A stretch of 64,000 bases of DNA from Burkholderiaceae bacterium (GCA_036500605.1 DASYBU010000014.1:3150-67149), one strand, 5' to 3'. Shown: positions 54,318 to 63,401, counted from the first letter of the stretch. The notes: generated from the sequence alone by a model not told the origin. Numbers and translations are program-made.

Positions 54318-57017
54318 CTGGCCTTCGGCGCGCTGCTGGCTGCGGGGACGGTGGGTGCCACCACGCCGGTCAATCTGATCCAGAACGGTTCCTTCGAGAC
54401 TTTCTCGCCCTGCTACAGCTGCTGGAACGGCAGCACCGGACACCAGATGACCTGGGGCGCGCGCCAGGTCTCCACCAACGCCGCGCTCAATGCGGCCTAC
54501 ACGCTGTGGGGGTCGACCTTGCCGTCGTGGGGCGGCTATGCCTACGACCTCAGTACTTCGATGGCCAACAACGGCTGGATCGATTTTTACGGCCTCACGC
54601 AGACCCTGGCCGGCAAGATCACCGACAGCCCTGACGGCGGCCAGTTCCTCGCCGTCTCCTGGGGTGTTCAAACCACGGTCACCGGTCTGACGGTGGGCAC
54701 CAGCTATGACCTGAGCTTCTACCAGGGCGTGAACTATTTGAAGAGCAGCAATGGCGCCGCCGCAGCCGCCGCCCTGACCCCCACGCCCCAATACGCGATC
54801 GCGGCCACCTTTGGCGGTGTGCAGAAGACGGCCACCTACCAGAACATGAAGGTCAACACCTTCAGCGGCTGGGCCCAGCAGACCCTGAGCTTTGTCGCCA
54901 CGGCCAGTTCGCAGACGCTCAATCTCGACGTGGTCTTCCAGAACTATGCCTACGACATCCGGGGCTCCGGGCCTCTCGTTCTGCTCGATGGCGTGAAGCT
55001 CACCGTGGGCACGCCGGCTGGCCCCGACCATCTGGTGTTGAAGATGTCCAGCGCCAGTGGCGTGACCTGCCAACCGGCCACGGTCACCATCGCTGCCTGC
55101 GCGGATGCAGCTTGCGCGCAGCCCTACACAGGGGGTATCGGCGGCACGCTCAGCAGCGGCAATGCAGCCGCCACCTGGCCGGCTGGCGCGGCCTTCAGCA
55201 TCGCCGCCGGCGCGTCCGCCACCACCCTCGATCTGCAACTGCCCGTGGCCGGCAGCACGGTGCTGGGCACCGGCACGCTCACGCCGGCCGCCATCGCCGC
55301 CACCAGCTGCAACTTCGGCAGCCCGAGCTGTACCTTCACCTCGACCGACGCGGCCCTGCTGATCACGATGCCGCCTCACTACACCTTCACAAGCACCAGC
55401 GGCACCGTCAGCGCCGTGAAGAAGGCCGACAACAGCAATGCCTGCGTGCCGGCCTTCGCCAGCGTCACGAAAAATGTGCGCTTGACATGCGCGTATCTGA
55501 ACCCGAGCAGCGGCAGCGGCATGGTCAGCGTGAACAGCGCCTTCCTGAACAGCAGCAACAGCAATGCCGCCTGCGATTCGACCGGCGCCAATGTGCCGCT
55601 AAGCTTCAATGCCAGCGGCGTGGCGCCGGTCCAGCTGCTCGAGAGCGATGTCGGCCAGTACCAGCTCAATGGCAAGTACACGGGCAGCGGCACGGAGGCG
55701 GGCTTGGTGATGTCGGGCGCGACAAGCTTCATCGCCGCGCCGGCCAAGCTGGTGTTGACGCTGCCTACCGGCTCGCTCGTTGCCGGCCAGCCCTTCAGCG
55801 TGCAGCTCACCGCCAGGAACAACAACAGCGCCACGGGCGGCGACGCCCAGCCCAACTGGCTCAAGGAGACGCCGCCTCAGATCCCGACGATCAGTTTCAC
55901 GCGCGCTTCGCCCACCGGCACAGGCGTGAGCGATGGCGCCTACACCGGCACGCTCGGCCAGATCGGCACAGGCTCGGTCAAAAGCGTCGATTCGATCTGG
56001 TCGGAGGTCGGCAAGGGCGACCTGACGTTCACGATCGCGAACTATCTCGGCAGCGGCCTCTCCACCTCGATCAGCAGCGGCACGAGCGGTGCGCTGGGGC
56101 CCTTCACGCCCGATCATTTCGATGTGGCGGTGGACGCCACGCCGGCCTGCGGAAGTTTTGCCTACGCAGGCCAGCCCTTCGGTGCGACGCTCACAGCGCG
56201 CAATGCAGCGGGTTCGACCACCACCAACTACGACGGCAGCGGTCAGCTCTCGCCGGTCTATGCGAAGGCCCATACGCTCAGCGTTGCAACGACCATCGCA
56301 GCGGGAAGCTGGTCCAACGCTTCGATCGCCGCCAGCAACTTCTCGCATGGCGTGGCGCAACTCAACAGCACCGCGGTGATGCCCAGCTACAGCTTCACCA
56401 GCAAGCTGACCGCGCCGCAGATGCTGCAAGTGCGCACGACCGATACCGACGGCGTCAGCTCCGCAAGCGGCAATCCTTTGAAGGAGGGCACGGTCTTGCT
56501 GCGCAGCGGACGCTTGCGCCTCTTCGACGCCTATGGCACGCCGCTAGCACCGCTGAGCATGCAAGCGCAGACGGAGTTCTGGAACGGCCAGGCCTGGGTG
56601 CCCAATGCGCAGGACAACTGCACCCTCATTCCCGCCACATCGCTGGCGCTCTACAACGCGATCGACAACCACGGCGTGGCCACCACTTCGGCAACCACCA
56701 CGAGCGTCACGGTCTCGGCGCTGACCATCGTCAACGGCCATGGCACGCTGGCCCTCAGCGCGCCCGCCAATGTCGGCAGCTTCAGGCTCGCGCCCAACCT
56801 CGGCGCGCGCACCAGCACCAGCGCCTGCGTGGCCTCGATCGGCGCCAACGCCCCCGGCGCGACGCTGGCCTGGCTGCGCTCGCAGTACGGCGCGGCCAGC
56901 ACCGACGCGAGCGCCTGCCCGGGCGGAAGCTGGGGCTCCGACCCCAGCGCACGCGCCAGCTTCGGCATCTCTTCACCCGAAACGCAGAGGAACATCCGTG
57001 TCACGGAAATGCAGTGA
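54288..57017 (+). CDS. Large secreted pilus-associated protein (about 909 aa, Ser/Thr/Ala/Gly-rich, MshQ-like; function unknown)
   Basis: Signal peptide MRMRMRMRMVLAFGALLAAGTVGA, an N-terminal ~220-aa beta-rich domain (NGSFETFSP...WNG), and long Thr/Ser/Gly-rich repeats with recurring GQPF(S/G)xxLTARN. The C-terminal 100 aa are duplicated upstream. The frame is open back to the GTG at 54234, which is the repeat-encoded prepilin-like start. Confidence 0.65.
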   Translation: MRMRMRMRMVLAFGALLAAGTVGATTPVNLIQNGSFETFSPCYSCWNGSTGHQMTWGARQVSTNAALNAAYTLWGSTLPSWGGYAYDLSTSMANNGWIDFYGLTQTLAGKITDSPDGGQFLAVSWGVQTTVTGLTVGTSYDLSFYQGVNYLKSSNGAAAAAALTPTPQYAIAATFGGVQKTATYQNMKVNTFSGWAQQTLSFVATASSQTLNLDVVFQNYAYDIRGSGPLVLLDGVKLTVGTPAGPDHLVLKMSSASGVTCQPATVTIAACADAACAQPYTGGIGGTLSSGNAAATWPAGAAFSIAAGASATTLDLQLPVAGSTVLGTGTLTPAAIAATSCNFGSPSCTFTSTDAALLITMPPHYTFTSTSGTVSAVKKADNSNACVPAFASVTKNVRLTCAYLNPSSGSGMVSVNSAFLNSSNSNAACDSTGANVPLSFNASGVAPVQLLESDVGQYQLNGKYTGSGTEAGLVMSGATSFIAAPAKLVLTLPTGSLVAGQPFSVQLTARNNNSATGGDAQPNWLKETPPQIPTISFTRASPTGTGVSDGAYTGTLGQIGTGSVKSVDSIWSEVGKGDLTFTIANYLGSGLSTSISSGTSGALGPFTPDHFDVAVDATPACGSFAYAGQPFGATLTARNAAGSTTTNYDGSGQLSPVYAKAHTLSVATTIAAGSWSNASIAASNFSHGVAQLNSTAVMPSYSFTSKLTAPQMLQVRTTDTDGVSSASGNPLKEGTVLLRSGRLRLFDAYGTPLAPLSMQAQTEFWNGQAWVPNAQDNCTLIPATSLALYNAIDNHGVATTSATTTSVTVSALTIVNGHGTLALSAPANVGSFRLAPNLGARTSTSACVASIGANAPGATLAWLRSQYGAASTDASACPGGSWGSDPSARASFGISSPETQRNIRVTEMQ

Positions 57018-57024
57018 GCAGCGC
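56730..57024 (+). repeat. Direct repeat, copy 2 (partner of 53954..54260)
   Basis: See copy 1. This copy spans the 3' end of the large ORF and the 5' end of the first prepilin gene. Confidence 0.85.
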
Positions 57025-57471
57025 GGCTTCACGCTGCCCGAACTCGTGATGGTGCTGATCATCCTCGGCGTCCTGTCGGTCGTGGCATTGCCGCGCCTGG
57101 CCGGCATGCTGACGATCGGCACCGATGCCTGGCGCGGCGACATCGTCGCGACGCTGCGCCTGGGTCACAGCACCGCGCTGGCGCGCCGCCGGTTGATCTG
57201 CGCCAGTGTCAGCACGGGCTCGGTCAGCCTGAACCAGGCCTCGGCCAATCCAGCTACGAGCTGCGACGCCTCGCTCTCCCTCACGGTCGCTAACGGCGCC
57301 GATGCACTGACACGCGGCAACGCGCCCGCCACCACCAGCATGACGATCTACTTCCAGCCCGACGGGCGCGCCACCAACGATGCGGCCGGCACCAGCAGCG
57401 CCGACCTGACCCTCAACATCAGCGGCTACCCGGACATCCTCGTGGCCAACGAAAGCGGCTATGTACGCTGA
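56998..57471 (+). CDS. Type IV prepilin-like protein (MSHA pilin-like; class III signal peptide; GTG start inferred)
   Basis: VSRKCSEQRG|FTLPELVMVLIILGVLSVVALP has the canonical (Q/K)RG-FTLxEL cleavage/methylation motif. Its start overlaps the last 20 bp of the large ORF. Confidence 0.65.
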   Translation: MSRKCSEQRGFTLPELVMVLIILGVLSVVALPRLAGMLTIGTDAWRGDIVATLRLGHSTALARRRLICASVSTGSVSLNQASANPATSCDASLSLTVANGADALTRGNAPATTSMTIYFQPDGRATNDAAGTSSADLTLNISGYPDILVANESGYVR

Positions 57472-57916
57472 GCGCCAACGCGGCTTCACGCTGATCGAGC
57501 TGCTGATCGCCATCGTCGTGATCGGCGTGGGCCTGGCCGGCGTGCTGGTTGCCTTCACGCAGGTCGGCAAGAACAACGCCTCGCCCGTGGTGCACAAGCA
57601 GATGCTGGCGATCGCCGAGGAGATGCTCGAGGAGATTGCGACCAAGCCCTTCGCCGCCGCCGCCAACGCCGCGCCCGCCGGCTGCGCGCGAGACACCTTC
57701 AACGACGTGCTCGACTACAACGGCTACGCGACGAACCAGAAGATCTGCGCGGTCGATGGCACGTCGATCGCAGCGCTCAGCGGCTATGCCGTCGCCGTGC
57801 AGGTGAGCCCCGGCGCGCTCTCGGGCGTGAGCGCTGCGCTGCGCATCCAGGTCACCGTCACGGCACCCGGCGAATCGCTCGTGCTGGTGGCCTGGCGTAC
57901 CAACTATGCGAACTGA
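57461..57916 (+). CDS. Type IV prepilin-like minor pilin
   Basis: MYAERQRG|FTLIELLIAIVVIGVGLAGVLVAF, 151 aa. Confidence 0.8.
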   Translation: MYAERQRGFTLIELLIAIVVIGVGLAGVLVAFTQVGKNNASPVVHKQMLAIAEEMLEEIATKPFAAAANAAPAGCARDTFNDVLDYNGYATNQKICAVDGTSIAALSGYAVAVQVSPGALSGVSAALRIQVTVTAPGESLVLVAWRTNYAN

Positions 57917-58802
57917 CATGATGAAAAAGGAAAAGAGCTGCGGCTTCACCCTGGTCGAGCTGGTCATCGTGATCGTGGTGCTGGGCGCCATCGGCGCAAC
58001 CATCGCGATCTTCCTGCGCCCTGCCTTCGACAGCTACTTCTCGACCGTCAACCGCGCGGCCCTGCACGACGATGCCGAGCTGTCGGTGCGCCATCTGCTG
58101 CGCGATGTGCGCCGCGCCGTGCCCAATTCCCTGCGCCTGCCGGAGCCGCATTGCGTGGAGATGGTGCCGTCCTCGGCCAACGGCCGCCTGCGCATGGCTT
58201 CCGATTCCGTCAACGACAGCAACCCGCCCTGCACACCGGGCAACAACTGCTCGGCCCCGCTCGACGTGACGCAGCCGAGCACGAGCGTGGATGTGCTCAC
58301 GCCCTTCGATACCGATCCGGTGAGCGGCGACTTTCTGGTGGTCGGCAACCAGAACGTCGGAGACATCTACAGCGGCGCCAACCGCGTGAGCTTGAGCTCG
58401 GTCGCCAACACGCCCAATGCCAAGTACGGCACACGGCGGCTCGGCTTCGCCGCCACGCAGTTCTCGCCCGGCTTCGCCACCGGCCGCTTCGCGATCGTGC
58501 CGCGCAGCCAGCAAGCCGTGTTCTACGTTTGCACGGGCCTCGGCGTGGATGCCCACGGCAATGGCACCGGCTCGCTCTACCGGATGAGCGGCTACGGCTT
58601 CAACCCGAGCTACCCGGCCGCCTGCCCGGCCACCGCGGGCGGCCAACTGATGGTGGACAAGCTCGTGGACTGCAACTTCATCTACAGCCCGACGCAGGGC
58701 GCGACCGAGCAATACGGCTTTGTCGCGATGCAGCTCACGCTGATGATCAACAACGAGCGCGCGACGCTCTCAGCGGGCGCCCATGTGCTGAACGTGCCAT
58801 GA
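57906..58802 (+). CDS. mshO: Prepilin-like MshO-type protein (298 aa)
   Basis: MRTDMMKKEKSCG|FTLVELVIVIVVLGAIGATIA; the length and position are typical of MshO. It overlaps the preceding gene by 11 bp. Confidence 0.6.
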   Translation: MRTDMMKKEKSCGFTLVELVIVIVVLGAIGATIAIFLRPAFDSYFSTVNRAALHDDAELSVRHLLRDVRRAVPNSLRLPEPHCVEMVPSSANGRLRMASDSVNDSNPPCTPGNNCSAPLDVTQPSTSVDVLTPFDTDPVSGDFLVVGNQNVGDIYSGANRVSLSSVANTPNAKYGTRRLGFAATQFSPGFATGRFAIVPRSQQAVFYVCTGLGVDAHGNGTGSLYRMSGYGFNPSYPAACPATAGGQLMVDKLVDCNFIYSPTQGATEQYGFVAMQLTLMINNERATLSAGAHVLNVP

Positions 58803-59260
58803 AGACGATCAAGCTCCAGCAGCAGCGCGGCCTCGGCGCCATCGCCATCATCGTGATCATCGTCGTGCTGGGCGCGCTGGCGGCTTCGATCGCGCGCCTG
58901 GGCACCGCCAGCCATCGCGCGCTCAGCAACGACGTGACGGCGGCCCGCGCCCTGCAGGCCGCCCACGCGGGCAAGGAATGGGGGCTCTACCAAGCCCTGC
59001 ACGCCGGCGCTTCGTGGAACAGCTGCTCCGGCAACAGCCAGACGCTGGACCTCACGGCCGACTTCGGCATGCACGTGAATGTCAGCTGCAATTCGATCCT
59101 CTACAACGAGGGCCTGCAGGACGACGGCGTGACGCCCAGGACAGTCCGCATCTTCACGATCGACGCGCTGGCGTGCAGCAGCACGAGCTGCCCCGACAAC
59201 ACGCGCTCCGTGCTGATCGGCTACGTGGAGCGCCGCGTGGTCGCGCAGGCGAGCAACTAG
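58799..59260 (+). CDS. mshP: Pseudopilin-like MshP-type protein
   Basis: MKTIKLQQQRGLGAIAIIVIIVVLGALAASIA, 153 aa. Its ATG overlaps the preceding TGA in an ATGA. Confidence 0.55.
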   Translation: MKTIKLQQQRGLGAIAIIVIIVVLGALAASIARLGTASHRALSNDVTAARALQAAHAGKEWGLYQALHAGASWNSCSGNSQTLDLTADFGMHVNVSCNSILYNEGLQDDGVTPRTVRIFTIDALACSSTSCPDNTRSVLIGYVERRVVAQASN

Positions 59261-59279
59261 GCCGGAAGCCGAACTGACT

Positions 59280-60659
59280 CTAGGCTAACGGCAAAGCCAG
59301 ACGCACCCGCAAGCCCTGGCCATGCGCACCGTCGTGCAAGGTCAGGTTGCCGCCGTGGCTCAGCGCAATATCCTGCGCGATCGCGAGGCCCAGTCCGCTG
59401 CCGTTGCCGACCGGCTGCGCACCGCGCTGGAAGCGCAGGAACACGCGCTCGCGGTCGACCTCGGGAATGCCGGGGCCCGTGTCTTCCACCTCCAGCACAG
59501 CCTGCCCCTCCTGCTGGAAGGTCCGCACCGTGACGCGTGCGCCTTCGCCGGCGTAGTTGACGCTGTTGTGGATCAGGTTCTCGAGCATCTCGCGCAGCAG
59601 GAAGCTGCGGCCCACCACCGGCGCCGAGGCCAGCTCGAAGCCGAGGTCCATGCCGGATTCGAGTGCGCGCGGCACCCATTCCTCGGCCGCCAGCGAAGCG
59701 AGGTCTCGCAGATCCAGCGGCCGCAACTGCTCCTGCGGCGTGGCCGCATCGCTGCGCGCCATCGACAGCATCTGCTGCGCCAGCCGCGCGCTGCGGTCCA
59801 CGCTGCTCTTGAGGCGCTGCAGCAGCGGCTCCTGCGCGGCCTCGTGCGGCTCCAGCAGCGCGAGTTCGATCTCGGTGCGCAGCGAGGTCAGCGGCGTGCG
59901 CAGCTGGTGGGCCGCATTGGCGAGAAATTCCTGCTGCGTGCTGGAAGCCAGGCGCAGGCGCTCGAACAGCCGGTTGAGCGCGCTGATCAGGGGGCGCACC
60001 TCGTCGGGCACGGGCTGCTGCAGCGGCTCCAGCCGATCCAGATCGCGGCGTTCGACTTCGTTGGACAGTTCGCCGAGCGGGCGCAAGCCTTGTTGAATCG
60101 CGAGGCGCCCGGCCAGCATCAGGCCGATCGCCAGCGCCAGCATGGTCGCCCCGACCGCCACCGACAGATCGCGGCGCAAGGCCGCCCGCTTGCTGGTGGT
60201 CTCGGCCACGCGCACCTGGCAGACATTGCCGACCACGCCGCAAGCCACGCCGAGCACGGCCAGCCTCAGCGTCTGACCATCGAGCTCGACGTCCCGGAAA
60301 TCCCAGGCGCCCGGCGCCACCTTGATCTTCGGCGCGGCCAGCAGTTCATCGCCGAGCAGTTGCTGCCCTTGCGGCGCGAGCACGACGTAGTAGATGCGGT
60401 CGAGGCGGTCAAAGCGCAGCGCGCGGTCGGTCTGGCCCGAGACCTCGACGATCAGCTCGCCGTCATGCGTGCGGATGAAATTGCTGATGGCGAGCGCCGT
60501 GTCGCCCAGGCCCTGGTCGAGCCAGTTGGCCGTGGTCGTGCGCATTAGCGAGTACAGCGCAAAGCCGCCCACGGGCATCGTGAGCAGCAGCGGCAGGACC
60601 AACCACCAGAGCAGTCGCTGCTTGAGCGACAGCGGCTGTTCAGGCCTTCCCAGCAGCAC
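59280..60659 (-). CDS. Two-component sensor histidine kinase (two TM helices, HAMP, HisKA, HATPase_c)
   Basis: H-box NAAHQLRTPL and N/G boxes IHNSVNYAG, VEDTGPGIP and GSGLGLAIA. I chose a GTG start at 60659; the track ORF carries a 5' extension that overlaps the regulator gene. Confidence 0.8.
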   Translation of the reverse strand: MLLGRPEQPLSLKQRLLWWLVLPLLLTMPVGGFALYSLMRTTTANWLDQGLGDTALAISNFIRTHDGELIVEVSGQTDRALRFDRLDRIYYVVLAPQGQQLLGDELLAAPKIKVAPGAWDFRDVELDGQTLRLAVLGVACGVVGNVCQVRVAETTSKRAALRRDLSVAVGATMLALAIGLMLAGRLAIQQGLRPLGELSNEVERRDLDRLEPLQQPVPDEVRPLISALNRLFERLRLASSTQQEFLANAAHQLRTPLTSLRTEIELALLEPHEAAQEPLLQRLKSSVDRSARLAQQMLSMARSDAATPQEQLRPLDLRDLASLAAEEWVPRALESGMDLGFELASAPVVGRSFLLREMLENLIHNSVNYAGEGARVTVRTFQQEGQAVLEVEDTGPGIPEVDRERVFLRFQRGAQPVGNGSGLGLAIAQDIALSHGGNLTLHDGAHGQGLRVRLALPLA

Positions 60660-61329
60660 TCTGGGCCTGCTCTTCGAGCAGATAGCCGAAGCCGCGCACG
60701 GTACGGATCTGGATGCCGGCGGGCTCCAGCTTGGCGCGCAGGCGCGAGATGCAGACCTCGACCGCGTTGTCGGTGGTGCTCTGGTCCCAACCGTTGCTGG
60801 CCGAGACGATCTGTTCCTTCGCAATCACCTTGCCGATGCGGGCCATCATGAAGGACAGTACTTCCCACTCGCGGGCCGAGAGCTGCATCGGTTCTTCGTG
60901 CAACCAGGCGCGGCGTGCGTCCAGGTCCATGCGCAGCGCGGCCATCTTGAGTTCGTTCGAGAAGCGCGCCTGGCTGCGGCGCACCAGGGCGCGGGCGCGG
61001 GCGATCAGCTCCGACAGGGCAAAGGGCTTGACGAGATAGTCGTCAGCGCCGCCTTCAAGGCCGCGCACGCGGTCTTCCACGCCGTCACGCGCGGTCAGCA
61101 CCAGCACGGGGATCGCACTGCCTTGGCCGCGCACCCGGCGCAGGGTCTCGAAGCCGTCGATACCGGCCAGGCCGATGTCGAGGATCAGCAGGTCATAACG
61201 GTCTTCCCGCAGTGACAGCGGCACCGGCTCACCGCGTGCGGTGCAGTCGACGACCCAGCCTTGCGAGCGCAGGGCGCGGGTGGTGGATTCCGCCAGAGCG
61301 GAGTCATCTTCGGCAAGCAGGATGCGCAC
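60640..61329 (-). CDS. OmpR-family response regulator
   Basis: 229 aa with receiver residues D..DLLILDIGLAG...K and a winged-helix C-terminus (RTVRGFGYLLE). Confidence 0.9.
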   Translation of the reverse strand: MRILLAEDDSALAESTTRALRSQGWVVDCTARGEPVPLSLREDRYDLLILDIGLAGIDGFETLRRVRGQGSAIPVLVLTARDGVEDRVRGLEGGADDYLVKPFALSELIARARALVRRSQARFSNELKMAALRMDLDARRAWLHEEPMQLSAREWEVLSFMMARIGKVIAKEQIVSASNGWDQSTTDNAVEVCISRLRAKLEPAGIQIRTVRGFGYLLEEQAQSAAGKA

Positions 61330-61441
61330 AGTGGTGGGGTCGACGTGGACGTAAAAATTGAGTTGCCAAGATTAACGCCGCAATGTTGCCTTGGCGTCAA
61401 GCTACCTTGCAAGGAGCTTGCCGTCACCGTTCGCGCTCACG

Positions 61442-62701
61442 TCACCTGGACGGTTTGTTACCAACACCGAGGTTCATGGCGTTCAGGATGTCGCCATTGT
61501 CCTGGCTGAGCTCCCAGGCGAACACCCCGGCCAAACCAGCCCGCTTGGCGTATTGCGCCTTCAGGAGCACCGAGCGCGGGTCGTCATAACCGATGAAATC
61601 AGCGGTCTTGTCGTTCCAGAGCGACCAGGCCTGCGTCACCTTGTCGAAGCGCGCCACAAAGCCGCCGCGGCCCCGGCCTTCGGGGCCCAGCCATTGCTCG
61701 GCGATCCGCTTGTAGGACGCGGTGCCGGCCTCACCCTTGATGCCGTCCGAGGGGAAGTCGCCGGTCTTGGCGTTCACGCTCTGATGCTGCTTGACGCCCG
61801 CGAAGCCGCGGCCGTACATGGCCATGCCGGCCACCAGCTTGGCGGCGGGCACGCCGGCCCTCACCATCGTGCTCACGCCGGCCATCAGGCTGTCCTCGGC
61901 CTCGGGGCTGCTGGACGCCAGGGCGCTATGCGCACCCGCCTTGTCCGACCAGCCGCCGTAGAAGTCGTAGGTCATCATGAAGATCAGGTCGAGCGCGCGG
62001 GACGCCTGGCGGAAATTGATGCCCTTGATGATGTGGCCGGCGGTGTTGACTGCCGTCGTCACCAGGTACGTGCGGCCGTTCTCGCGGCCCAGGCCGTCGA
62101 CGGCGGCACGCAGGTCGGTCATCAGGTCGGCATAACCCTGTCCGTCAGCGGGGCTGCCGAGCTGCACGCCGTTGGCCGCGCCGTTGTTGCCCGGATGCTC
62201 CCAGTCGATGTCGACACCATCGAAGCCGGGATGGGTGCGAAGGAACTCCACGACCGAGGCTGCAAAGGTTGTGCGCTTGGCCGCGTCATTGGCGATGTAG
62301 AAGAACGAGTCCGAGCCCGCCCAGCCGCCGACCGAGGCCACCACCTTGAGCTGCGGCATGCGTTGCTTGAGGCGCATGAAGGCGGCGTCGAACTGCGCCT
62401 CCTTCTCGCTCACGCCGAGCGTGAACTCGGGCCGGCCGGCACACAGCGCCTCGTCCATCGGGCGCTGGCCGGGGCCGCAGATCCGCATGAAGGCATAGAG
62501 GATGTGGCTGATGCTGCCCGTCTTGATCTGGTCGACCTCCTCGACAGGCTCCCAGTTGGGCACATAGACGCCGACGATCGGCGCATTGGGCGCACGTTCG
62601 AAGGCCTGGGGCTGGCCGGTGAAGAGTTTGGGCGTGGCCGCAAACGCCTGGCTTGCGATCAGCGTGAGGGAGAGTGAAAGTGAAAGCAGGAGGTGGCGCA
62701 T
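61442..62701 (-). CDS. Secreted glycoside hydrolase family 18 chitinase
   Basis: Signal peptide MRHLLLSLSLSLTLIASQAFA, the catalytic motif FDGVDIDWEHP (DxxDxDxE), and the downstream MTYDFYGGW motif. Confidence 0.85.
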   Translation of the reverse strand: MRHLLLSLSLSLTLIASQAFAATPKLFTGQPQAFERAPNAPIVGVYVPNWEPVEEVDQIKTGSISHILYAFMRICGPGQRPMDEALCAGRPEFTLGVSEKEAQFDAAFMRLKQRMPQLKVVASVGGWAGSDSFFYIANDAAKRTTFAASVVEFLRTHPGFDGVDIDWEHPGNNGAANGVQLGSPADGQGYADLMTDLRAAVDGLGRENGRTYLVTTAVNTAGHIIKGINFRQASRALDLIFMMTYDFYGGWSDKAGAHSALASSSPEAEDSLMAGVSTMVRAGVPAAKLVAGMAMYGRGFAGVKQHQSVNAKTGDFPSDGIKGEAGTASYKRIAEQWLGPEGRGRGGFVARFDKVTQAWSLWNDKTADFIGYDDPRSVLLKAQYAKRAGLAGVFAWELSQDNGDILNAMNLGVGNKPSR

Positions 62702-62768
62702 GATGCGGCGCAGGCTAACACTGTAATTCGACGTTACGGACCGAGGATTTCACCAGGGGAATCCGCAG

Positions 62769-63401
62769 TTATGGCTCAACCGAGACCCGCAGCTGCAGGT
62801 CGCGCTGCTGAACCACCGCCGCCTCGGCGGTGCCATACGTGCCCTTGGGCAAGGCCCTGGCCGTATCGCCGCTGCGCGCCACCGCATGCCAGGTGTTGAG
62901 CGGCACCGAGGCGGTCGTGCTCATCTCACCCTGGCCGCCACCTTGTGCGTCGGCTTGAGGCGTTAGCACCTTGATCGTCACCTGCACCGGCGCGCTGCCG
63001 CCGGGCCATTGCGGCGTCACGGTGAAGCTGCGGACGCGATCAACCAGCTGCGTTTGCGTCGCCGCGCGGGCCTTGCGCGTGCTTGCGCCCACGCGCAGAT
63101 CGAGCCATTGCACCGGCTGCTGGCTGTTCATGCTGACGCTGGCCTGGTGGCCGTTGAGCACGCTCAGGCGCTCGACCGGCCCGACCGAATCCTCGGGCGA
63201 GCGCGTGGAGGTGACCGTGCCGCCGCTCCTGGGCGAGACCGAGCCCGCCGTGCCGATCACCGTGGAGCCGTCGCGCACGGCGGCGAGCGCCGCGCCGCTG
63301 AGCGTCGAGTCGACCCAGCGCCATTCGATCGTGAGCATCTGGGCCTGCACCGAAAATGGCAGCAGTGACAGGAGAACGAGGGCAAGTGCAGGAACACGCA
63401 T
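62769..63401 (-). CDS. Secreted hypothetical protein (210 aa, Ser/Thr/Gly-rich)
   Basis: Signal peptide MRVPALALVLLSLLPFSVQA. I recognise no motifs. It lies 67 bp downstream of the chitinase on the same strand. Confidence 0.45.
   Translation of the reverse strand: MRVPALALVLLSLLPFSVQAQMLTIEWRWVDSTLSGAALAAVRDGSTVIGTAGSVSPRSGGTVTSTRSPEDSVGPVERLSVLNGHQASVSMNSQQPVQWLDLRVGASTRKARAATQTQLVDRVRSFTVTPQWPGGSAPVQVTIKVLTPQADAQGGGQGEMSTTASVPLNTWHAVARSGDTARALPKGTYGTAEAAVVQQRDLQLRVSVEP

Noticed and set aside
55112-57049. 645-aa alternative plus frame within the large pilus-associated ORF
   Set aside because: It is an Arg/Gln/His-rich +1 frame. The 54288..57017 frame has a signal peptide and a coherent beta-rich composition and is bounded by the repeats.
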